A stretch of DNA of 26,512 bases, from NCBI RefSeq assembly GCF_006345805.1, contig NW_021834716.1, positions 1-26,512 of the forward strand, read 5' to 3'. Below are positions 1 through 8,430 of this stretch, piece after piece. Source of the DNA: Octopus sinensis (lineage: Eukaryota). The notes under the pieces are model-generated. The model saw only the letters and a list, made by a program, of their open reading frames with translations, was not told the origin of the DNA and did no database searches. Every line of letters starts with the position of its first letter. The stretch's first letter is position 1. Both the position numbers and the translations under genes were made by a program.

Positions 1-415
1 TTTGTATAATATGTATATTATATATATATATATTATATACGTACTGAGTGTGTATGTATACATATATGCATATGATATATCTTTCTTTAATATATCCTTT
101 ATATATATATCTATATATATATATTATATATAATATATTATACGTACTGAGTGTGTATGTATACATGTATGCATATGAATATATCTTTCTTTTTTCTTTT
201 ATATATATATATATACGCACACACACACACATGTATATAAATACACACCAAAAAAATATAGCGCTTCACATAATGTGGGTGTGTGTCTACGTGTGTAAGT
301 ATTCCCTTCTACGTGTGTGTGCGTATATCTGAGTGTGTGTGTGTGTGTGCGTTTATCTGAGTGTGTGTGTGTGGTGGTGTGTGTGTGTGTATGTGTGTGT
401 GTGTGTGTATGTACG
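1..415. repeat. Compound (TA)n/(TG)n microsatellite and low-complexity tract
   Basis: Directly visible dinucleotide repeats; the overlapping YI/CV/HT-rich ORFs are artefacts. Confidence 0.95.
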
Positions 416-753
416 AAAACACAAGCTCTACATGGTTGCCAAAATACAAAGACACTACAAACCACCGCTTGTGTTTGCGCGCGGATCAAATATCTCTGTA
501 TTAATCGTTTAAACGGGTTTTTCCTCTTTCCTTCCTTCTCCTCAAAAAGAGAGAACAGACACCAAGCAATGACGATGAAGGGCGACAAAAGTGCATTCAT
601 ATGGTTGCGTGACGTTGAGGAATTCTCTGCGGCTCTCGTAACCAAAATCTTATGAATATTCTTGGTATTATATCTAAGGAGAAATAAAAAGCGAGCGAAA
701 GAACAGCAGTTCAGAAAGCTGGTGAAGTATGGGCGATGCAGCTCTATTTTATA

Positions 754-1198
754 GGCACGGGAGTGGCTGTGTGGTAAGTAGCTAGCTTACCAACGACATG
801 GTTCCGGGTTCAGTCCCATTGCCTGGCACCTTTGGCAAGTGCCTTCTACTATAGCCTCGGGCCGGCCAAAACCTTGTGAGTGGATCTTGTAGACAGAAAC
901 TGAAAGAAGCCCGTCGTGCATGTGTGCGTGTGTGTGTGTGTGTGTGTTTGTGTGTGTGTGTATGTGTGTGTGTGTGCGTGTATGCGTGTGTGTGTGTCTC
1001 TCTGTGTGTCTGTGTTTGTCACCCCCAACATTGCTTGACAACCGATGCTGGAATGTGTTTACGTCTCCGTTATTCAGCGGTTCGGCAAAAGAGACCGATG
1101 GAATAAGTACTAGGCTTACAAAGAATAAGTCCTGGGGTCGATTTGCTCGACTAAAAGGCGCTGCTCTAGCATGGTCGCTGTCAAATGACTGAAACAAC
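754..1198 (+). mobile_element. tRNA-derived SINE, group A (head + internal (TG)n + 3' domain), near full-length
   Basis: A-box TGGCTGTGTGG (764-774) and B-box GGTTCAGTCC (807-816). Head is homologous to 8658-8806 and 23550-23659; 3' domain is homologous to 2089-2290, 23201-23400 and 24421-24612. Confidence 0.9.
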
Positions 1199-1219
1199 TA
1201 ATTGTTCACGATTCAGACC

Positions 1220-1268
<49 letters not shown>

Positions 1269-1292
1269 ATATATATTATATATATATTATAT

Positions 1293-1382
1293 AATGACCG
1301 GTTTCGCGTTTAGCTTTTCAAATTTCTCACATCGTTATGTTTATGTTGAGGAGTTGAAAAGCTAAACTCGAAACCGGTCATT
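1293..1382. repeat. 90-bp inverted repeat/hairpin (29-bp arms, 1 mismatch) with hammerhead-like arms
   Basis: AATGACCGGTTTCGcGTTTAGCTTTTCAA at 1293 versus its reverse complement (with one change) ending at 1382. Confidence 0.9.
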
Positions 1383-1548
1383 TCCTCCCTAAACTATGTC
1401 ATTGTAAGAAAAAATTTATTATATCCTTCAGACATATTGACTCAAATATATATTTTTTAACCTTTTAAAACAAGCCTTCTGTAGTTTTTTCACACTTTTA
1501 CTATTTTCTATATATTCAACCACGTGCTTTCACAAACCAACTTTCTCA

Positions 1549-1634
<86 letters not shown>

Positions 1635-1637
<3 letters not shown>

Positions 1638-1851
1638 AGTTAGTTAGTTAGTTAATTGGGCTCAAAAGCAAATAGCAAGGCCATGTAGGGGGACATGGAG
1701 TTAAGTACAGGGTGGTGTTCATGTAAAGAGTTCAGGCCACTTGAGGTCCAGGGAGGCTTTGAACAAAGCGGTCGTCGGCATCTTCACCATCTCGTCTGGC
1801 AGCTTGTTCCACGGATCCGCAACCCGGACGGAGAAAGCTCCTCTCCTATCG
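1635..1851 (-). mobile_element. 5'-truncated CR1-clade LINE 3' end
   Basis: Minus frame reads RRGAFSVRVADPWNKLPDEMVKMPTTALFKASLDLKWPELFT* (stop 1719-1721), matching the CR1 ORF2 C-terminal FS.RV...WN.LP...FK..LD pattern. It is followed by a short 3'UTR and a (TAAC)5 tail (plus-strand GTTA x5, 1635-1654). Confidence 0.85.
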
Positions 1852-2038
1852 TGTTCTCTACTGAAGAGAAGAAAATCTGTGGGATTAATCCCGAAATTGA
1901 TTCAATATAGAGATAACGAATTTAAAAAAAATTCTGTTAGTCTATTCTCAGCATATAGAATTTTTTTTCTTTTGTCCTTGTTTATAAATTGTTTATAATT
2001 TTCGTCTTTAAAGGTATTTTAATATGCTGCCAAATTTC

Positions 2039-2073
<35 letters not shown>

Positions 2074-2088
2074 GCGTGTGTATCTTTC

Positions 2089-2290
2089 GTCTTTGTTTCT
2101 CCTCACCCCATCGCTTGACAAGCGGTGTTGGAGTGTTCACGTCTCCGTAACTTAGCGGTTCGGCGAAATAAAGCGATAGAATATGTGGCGTACTTAAAAA
2201 AATAAGTCTCGGAGTCGATTCATTCGGCTAAAATTCTTCAGCGCGGTACTCCAGCATAGCAGCAGTCTAATGATGGAAACAAATTAAAGC
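2089..2290 (+). mobile_element. SINE group A 3' domain (headless fragment)
   Basis: Colinear with 1010-1198 (CATCGCTTGACAA...CGTAACTTAGCGGTTCGG...CTCCAGCAT...GAAACAA). Confidence 0.85.
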
Positions 2291-2305
2291 TAAAAATTAC
2301 ATATA

Positions 2306-3593
2306 CGAGGGGCGTTCAATAAGTAATGCCCCTGATCAACTTCCCATAGCAGTAGAGCAACCAAACTTGGCACAGTTATTAGTCTTTTTCTACATAGGAA
2401 CAACCCAGAGTTACGCATTTCTCCCATCGTTTGATGCAGCTCTGGAGACCGTTTCCGTAGAAGACCCCAGCTTGGTCCTCCAACCACGACGTGACTTCAG
2501 AAATCGAGGCTGCATCATCTGGGAAACGCTTTCCTTTCAAAAACAACTTCATGGCTGGGAAGAGGTGAAAATCAGAGGGTGCAAGGTCAGGAGAGTAGGG
2601 GGATGGGGGAAGAGTTCATAGCCGCACGCCTGTGCTTCTGATCTGGCGACACGCGGTGGACCGGAGCGTTGTCCTGCAAGAGGAGGATGCCTTTGCTGAT
2701 CTTGCCTCGCCTCTTGGTTTTGATAGCTTCTCCTAATTTCCTCAAAAGTGAAGCATGATAGGCTTCTGTAATTGTGGTACCCTTTGCCAGGAAATCTGTC
2801 ATCACTACTCCGTCCTGGTCCCAGAAGACTGTGAGCATGACCTTGCCAGCGGAGGGCTGCACCCTTGCCTTCTTTGGAGGAGGTGAGTCATGGCGCTTCC
2901 ACTGCATTGACTGGGCTTTGGTCTCTAGATCATAGTGATGGACCCAGGTCTCATCCTGTGTAATCAGTCTTTTGAAAAATTTTGACTCATCTTCTTGGCA
3001 CATCCCTAAATTCATCCTCGAGCACTCGACGCGTTCTTGCTTCTGGAAAAGTGTGAGCAACCTGGGAATCCATCTGGCAGACACCTTTTGCATATGCAAA
3101 TGGTCATGAATGATAGTTTCCACAGACCCGGTACTAATCTTGACCTCATGGGCTATTTGGCGAATAGTTATGCGTCGATCTTTCAAAATGGCAGCCTCAA
3201 CTTGACGGACAGATGCCTCATCAATGGCAGAAGGGGTGCGACCAGATCTGGGAGCTGCTTCCACAGAGTTCCGACCATGTTTGAATTCACGATGCCAGCG
3301 TTTTACAAGGTCATATGATGGGGCATCATCACCATAAGTTACTTTCATTTCATCAAAAGTCTCCTGTGGTGTGCGTCATTTCAAATACAAAAACCGGATC
3401 ACTGCTCGACACTCAACAGGCTCCATTTCACACTTGACTCATTTCAAACACCTGTAAATCAGAAACCACAATTAGTTTGGAGCTGTAATTTGCCACGTAA
3501 TTTATAGAAATATAAATAATTGCACATGCAAAATTTCAGCTAGATCAAACAAAGGCAAGTGGGTCAGAGGCATTACTTATTGAACGCCCCTCG
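2306..3593 (-). mobile_element. Full-length (1288 bp) mariner DNA transposon, inactive
   Basis: TIRs CGAGGGGCGTTCAATAAGTAATGCC are perfect over 25 bp (29/30 bp overall). TA TSD at 2304-2305 and 3594-3595. Encodes a DD34D transposase. The CGAGGGG TIR start and WIPRLL motif suggest an irritans/Hsmar2-like subfamily (inference). Confidence 0.97.
2379..3426 (-). pseudogene. Mariner transposase pseudogene (reconstructs to about 350 aa)
   Basis: ATG 3426 (MEPVECRAVIRFLYLK*RTP), then WIPRLL, DETW, QDNAPVH and YSPDLAPSD, ending at TAA 2379-2381. Lesions: TGA at 3376-3378, inferred 4-nt deletion near 2655, and 1-nt deletion in the run at 2598-2602. Repairing them restores D34D spacing. Confidence 0.95.
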
Positions 3594-3605
3594 TAACTTA
3601 AATAA

Positions 3606-3644
3606 CTTAGACTATGTTTCGACCAAAGATTGGTCTGACTTAAT
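3606..3644 (-). ncRNA. Degenerate hammerhead-like half motif
   Basis: Minus strand GACCAA-TCT-TTGGTC GAAA C-ATA-G TC TAAG gives stem II, GAAA, stem III and GUC. The CUGANGA strand is not recognisable (AGTCA). Confidence 0.3.
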
Positions 3645-3957
3645 ATTATGGCACCACCTGATAGGACTAGCTAAATTCTTTTCAAGTCAAGTTTTATGGT
3701 GTCATAGTCCATTCGAGTAAGGAGTTCTTGTTGAATAAGTTGTAGCTAGTTATAGGTGGTTTATCCGGTATTCCTTGAAGAAATTTGTCCAGACGGAGTT
3801 TGGACAAATATTATTTTTTGTTGTATGTTTCGTGACGTCCTGTGCCCACATATGCATATATATATATAGGGAGAGTTTACGAAAAAACAAAAGACGAAGA
3901 CAGGTGGTGTACAAAACAAACAGATGTATTAGTATAACGCTCAGGAATAGAAAAAGT

Positions 3958-3993
3958 CTTTTACGTTTCGAGCCTACGCTCTTCTACAGAAAG
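3958..3993 (-). ncRNA. Minimal type I hammerhead-like motif (A6U core variant)
   Basis: CTTT CTGTAGA A GAGC-GTAG-GCTC GAAA CG TA AAAG: 4-bp stem I, 4-bp stem II, palindromic ACGT stem III and a GUA site. The core deviates at position 6. Confidence 0.55.
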
Positions 3994-4061
3994 GGACACA
4001 GAAAAACAAGGAGAGAAAAATGTGTGTAGTGGCTAACGATCTATCATGGCGTCTATGCATA

Positions 4062-4132
<71 letters not shown>

Positions 4133-4166
4133 TATATATATATAAATGAAAGAATGGAGTCGAACG

Positions 4167-4295
4167 ACGATTTAACAAAATTCCTTTATTCTCGACATAT
4201 GTTTCGAAGACTGCATATTCCTAATTCCGAAGGAATAAAGGGTGCATTATGCCGCCTTCTCATCAGGAAAGACAAGGAACTTATGTCAGCATCAT
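4167..4295 (-). ncRNA. Extended type I hammerhead ribozyme
   Basis: CTGATGA (4266-4260); stem II GAAGGC-G-GCATA/TATGC-A-GTCTTC with G10.1-C11.1; GAAA (4205-4202); palindromic stem III ACATATGT; GUC site after 4194. Stem I has about 23 bp with internal loops, and AATAAA lies just downstream of the site. Confidence 0.85.
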
Positions 4296-4503
4296 GACGA
4301 ACAAAAACTTTTAGATGACTGCCCACACGAAAGCACGTGATCTCTGCCCTTGGCATATAGCTTCAACCGTGTTTTCTGACGTGAATTTGTTACCCGGGTA
4401 TCGGTTAACCGAATTATCCATACTAGGATAATTCATCCAACTACTTAATATATATATATATATATATATTATATTATATATAATATATACGTATAGATGT
4501 ATG

Positions 4504-4566
<63 letters not shown>

Positions 4567-4988
4567 CGCACATACACACTTACATGCACACATACACACT
4601 CACATGCGCATACACAACATACATATATATATATTATTGAATTTGCGTGTAAGCGACTGAGTATACCATGGGCAACAGTGTTGTTCCCCTTTCTTTATTC
4701 GAAACATACTTTCATTAACACTAATGACTTACTTTCTCATTATTGGTATAATCTCATGTCATTAAAGTTATTTTCGGCTTAGCACTTCATTAAATACGTC
4801 TGTTTGTTTCTACTTCTTTTTCATCCATGTTCGCAACTAAGAGGAGAGAGTCATTAAGATTTATTATTTTAATCTAATTTACTCCTGTTACACATAACGA
4901 ATTTATATTTAGCTGGCTAATTGCAACACTAGTGATTTTTCAGTCGCTGTTTTCTTATATTAGTGGCGATGGGTTTATTTTTTTTGCC

Positions 4989-5033
4989 ATGCTGCTGACG
5001 AAGCGCAAAGAGCCAGAAATGCGCATCTAACAT
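4989..5033 (+). ncRNA. Degenerate type I hammerhead-like motif
   Basis: ATGCTG CTGACGA agcgcaaagagcca GAAA TGCGCA TC TAACAT: intact core, palindromic ATGCGCAT stem III, AUC site and 5/6-bp stem I. Stem II is damaged. Confidence 0.5.
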
Positions 5034-5124
5034 TCCCACCAACTCTCCTGGACGATTTTTGTCTGCTAATGATATTACACCCATGCACACACACACACTC
5101 ACACACATATAGATATATATATAC

Positions 5125-5375
5125 ATCACGTGACCGACCTGGCTATCACTGGCTGGTCACAATGCGCTTTTTCTGCATTGTTTTAGCCTTCCAATGACGC
5201 TACCCCGCTGGCTGGTCGAGCAGGGCAACTTTCCCCGCTGATTGAAAGGGGACTGGATCAACGTGAAATGAAATGGTTTGATCAAGAACACAATGCTCCA
5301 CCCAGTCAGGGAATCGTACCCACGATCTAGTGATCCTCAAGACAACAGCCTAACCACTAGGCCACACACCTTCAC
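5125..5375 (-). mobile_element. tRNA-derived SINE, group C
   Basis: Minus head GTGAAGGTGTGTGGCCTAGTGGTTAGG (A-box) and GGTACGATTCCC (decayed B-box), then TTGTGTTCTTGATCAAA..TTTCACGTTG shared with 8090-8225. Confidence 0.85.
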
Positions 5376-5388
5376 AATACACACACAC

Positions 5389-5464
<76 letters not shown>

Positions 5465-5466
<2 letters not shown>

Positions 5467-5480
5467 CTTACTTACTTACT

Positions 5481-5563
<83 letters not shown>
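5465..5563. repeat. (TTAC)n + (GATA)n tetranucleotide microsatellites
   Basis: Directly visible. Confidence 0.95.
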
Positions 5564-5564
<1 letters not shown>

Positions 5565-5634
5565 TTGATAGCTTACTTTTCTGCTCTGTAACACACTACA
5601 AATCAGAGAAATCAGCGGCCAACATATCCATAGA

Positions 5635-5672
5635 TTTCCTGAAGAGGGGCGCCTAACCCTGAAATATTGAAA
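5635..5672 (+). ncRNA. Minimal type I hammerhead-like motif, probably CpG-decayed
   Basis: TTTC CTGAAGA GGGG-CGCCTAA-CCCT GAAA TA TT GAAA: consensus core, 4-bp stem I, 4-bp stem II and palindromic ATAT stem III. Confidence 0.6.
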
Positions 5673-6005
5673 AACCAAGTAATTGTACAAACCATCGACC
5701 TGTGATTTTTACTGTTTTTGAACTTACATTGTTTTAGCTTAAATTTTTTTTTAAAATAAGGACATATTATCTCCGGGAGAATACCGCAGTTAATTTGGTT
5801 TTCCGAGATGTATCTGCGTTAAGTATGATACACCGTTTTCAAATTAATATTTACATATTTTTTCTCATTTTGGGGAGAGGATTTTACAAGGTGAGATATG
5901 AACCATCGACTCTTTAACAAGAGACAGCAACAACAGCGGATCCCACATGTAAGATCAAACGGTTGGAGGAGGTTTCAACGTGTGATGAAAGACTTTACAT
6001 ATCGA

Positions 6006-6098
6006 GAACAGCGTTGCATATTGCAAAGTGCTTAGTATATTAAGAGCCTTGCATATTGAGAAGAGCGTTGCATATTGTGAAGAGCGCTGCATATAGCT
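6006..6098. repeat. Short degenerate minisatellite, about 5 x 17-19 bp (AAGAGCGTTGCATATTG)
   Basis: Recognisable copies start near 6006, 6042, 6061 and 6080, with a degenerate copy at 6025. Confidence 0.75.
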
Positions 6099-6189
6099 AA
6101 TATCAAGCCAATTATTCGTTTTCGTTCTGGTATTTATAAATATTTAATTTTTCTAATTTCGTTTTCGCATCTAGAAATCTATGTTGTAG

Positions 6190-6378
6190 CCATCATTGTG
6201 TCTTTCTATCTGTTTATCTATCTTTCTTTCTATCAACGTGACACTATCCCTGAATTCTTCACTCTCTTTCGCTTATTTTCCTTTCCTTTCACATTTATTC
6301 TCTTTGAATTCTCACGAGTCCCACCATATTATATCTCCTTCAGCTACCTCTTCTTCGCACTCTCTTTTACTACCTTCC

Positions 6379-6409
<31 letters not shown>

Positions 6410-7005
6410 CTTTCTCTCTCCCCCCTCTCTCTCTCTCTCTAACTGCCTGTACCTCTCTTTCGCCCTACTTTTTAATTGGTCGTTCGTACTCCCCTCACAA
6501 TTACCTAGATCGTCTTCCTCTCACACTCTAACCCCCTTCTACTTCTCCACCCTCCCTTTCTACCCACACCGCCTGTTCCCTACTATCCACCCCCACCACC
6601 CCCACCCCACCACCACCACCAATTCTTATTGCTACCTTTATTTAATTTCTTCACTTATCTTTCATTTCTTTTCTATCAGTTCCTTACAGAATTTGTTCCT
6701 CGTAAATTCTGCCAATACACTCCTCCCCCACTTCCATCTCCCCCTTCTCTTCCATCTACTCCTCCACTTCCATCACCCCCTTATTACACCTCCTCCTCTT
6801 CTTCCTCTTCCAATCACTATATATAATTCCTTCTCAACATTCTCTCAATGCCATTTTCTAATTGCATTTCTCCGCCCTACAGCGCTGTCCTCTTATCCTC
6901 ATCTTCCTTCTCCGAACACTTTTCATTACATTTCCTTGATGCTCTCCAACGTATACACACACACACACACCACACACACACACACACACATGTATACATA
7001 CATAT

Positions 7006-7050
<45 letters not shown>

Positions 7051-7057
7051 TATATAT

Positions 7058-7094
<37 letters not shown>

Positions 7095-7140
7095 GCATGT
7101 ATGTATGTATATACACATATATGTATATATGTATATATCT
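6190..7140. repeat. Pyrimidine-rich low-complexity tract followed by (CA)n/(TA)n
   Basis: CT/CCT/CAC-rich composition; the 324-aa ORF has no domain character. Confidence 0.9.
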
Positions 7141-7511
7141 TCGCCTTAATACCTCTTTATCGCTTTGTTTAATCTTAACCCTCCACAAACCAGCTGTAAC
7201 TGAACGCCGTCAAAATGGCGGCTGGCTCAAGTCAACATATTATCACGATGGCGTAATCAAAGCAAACTTTTATGATATTATGTCATTGCCGCCTGTCTTT
7301 ATTATTCTGTTAATACTCAAATGCTTTCATCATCTTCATCATCCTTATTAGTCTTTCATCGAAGGAATCACTGAAGTACTTGCTTCAATCTTACATAAAT
7401 CATTAACCACAAATATGGCCACTCCTATCAGCACCACCACCACTAACACCACCACCTTCAACACCACTAACGATATCATCTCTATTACTTTCTTCTATTC
7501 TGTAGAATTCT

Positions 7512-7689
7512 TTCTTTCTACCATAGGTACAAGGTCTGAAGTTTTGCGGGAAAGATGGTGCTAGTCAATTACATTGACCCCCAGTGGCCCACTGGTATTA
7601 GCTTCATCGACGTGGAAAGGGTGAAAGGCAAAGTCGACCCTGGCGGAATTTCAACTTAGAAGGTACAGACGGACGAAATGTTTCAACAC
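7512..7689 (-). mobile_element. tRNA-derived SINE, group B (head amplified into the adjacent minisatellite)
   Basis: Reverse complement is colinear with 18181-18382 and 18953-19146 (TTCCGCC.GGGTCGACTTTGCCTTTCA.CCTTTC..GTCGAT). Confidence 0.85.
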
Positions 7690-7971
7690 ATTTTGCCAGG
7701 TGTGCAAACGATTCTGCCAGGTATGAAAACGATTTTGCTAGGCGTGCAAACGATTCTGCCAGGTGTGAAAACGATTCTGCCAGGTGTGAAAACGGTTCTC
7801 ACAGGTGTGCAAACGATTCTGCCAGGTGTGAAAGTGATTCTGCCAGGTGTGAAAGTGATTCTGCCAGGTGTGAAAGTGATTCTGCCAGGTGTGAAAACGA
7901 TTCTCACAGGTGTGAAAACGATTCTGCCAGGTGCGAAAGCGATTCTGCTCGGTGTGAAAACGATTCTGCCA
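7690..7971. repeat. 21-bp minisatellite, 13 full units + 9 bp
   Basis: Unit ATTCTGCCAGGTGTGAAAACG in exact 21-bp phase from 7690 to 7962, plus ATTCTGCCA. Confidence 0.97.
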
Positions 7972-8225
7972 AGGTTGTTTACGGAAGACCATCAGTCACC
8001 CATGCATATCAGCCTCCCCTCTCCACACCACTGATGTTATCCAATTGAAAGGCAAAAGCTGATACAGCTTGGCGCAAGTAACGTCATGACTCATTTCTAC
8101 AGATGAGTGAACTGGAGCAACGTGAAATAAAGTATCTTGCTCAAGAACACAACACACAGCCCAGTCCAGGAATCGAACTCACTACCTCATGATTGTAAGC
8201 CCGACGCCCTAACCTCTGAGCTATG
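7972..8225 (-). mobile_element. tRNA-derived SINE, group C, probably 3'-truncated at the minisatellite
   Basis: Minus head TAGCTCAGAGGTTAGGGCG (A-box-like) and GAGTTCGATTCC (B-box), then a CORE-like TTCTTGAGCAAG..TCACTCATCTGTAGAAATGAG segment. Confidence 0.85.
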
Positions 8226-8357
8226 AAACTAATAGAGATTGAGGTAGGATTTACACTCCGACCTTATAAAACCCTCACCAGCAACGACTACCCAAAAACC
8301 CATGGGTTGGTGCAAACGTATCATCTACCAAGGGTGGTTGCAGCGACACGCATACCC

Positions 8358-8367
8358 CTACTACTAT

Positions 8368-8430
<63 letters not shown>
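8358..8430. repeat. (CTA)n microsatellite
   Basis: Directly visible. Confidence 0.95.

Noticed and set aside
754-830. tRNA genes at SINE heads (also 5375, 8225, 18181 and 25360)
   Set aside because: A/B boxes are present but there is no complete cloverleaf, and each continues into a SINE body.
1861-1880. CTGAAGA..GAAA near the CR1 truncation point
   Set aside because: No stem II or stem III.
3037-3318. Plus-strand ORFs over the transposons (also 2367-2621 and 12651-12920)
   Set aside because: Antisense shadows of transposase coding sequence.
4314-4350. Plus-strand TAGATGA...GAAA GCACGTGA TC hammerhead-like string
   Set aside because: The core has two mismatches, stem II does not pair and stem I is absent; compatible with chance.
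7690-7971. CRISPR-like array
   Set aside because: Units are contiguous with no unique spacers, there are no cas genes, and the context is eukaryotic.
7678-8034. 118-aa ORF of (TILPGVK)n resembling an elastomeric repeat protein
   Set aside because: A 21-bp unit stays in frame automatically, and the unit derives from the antisense of a SINE head.
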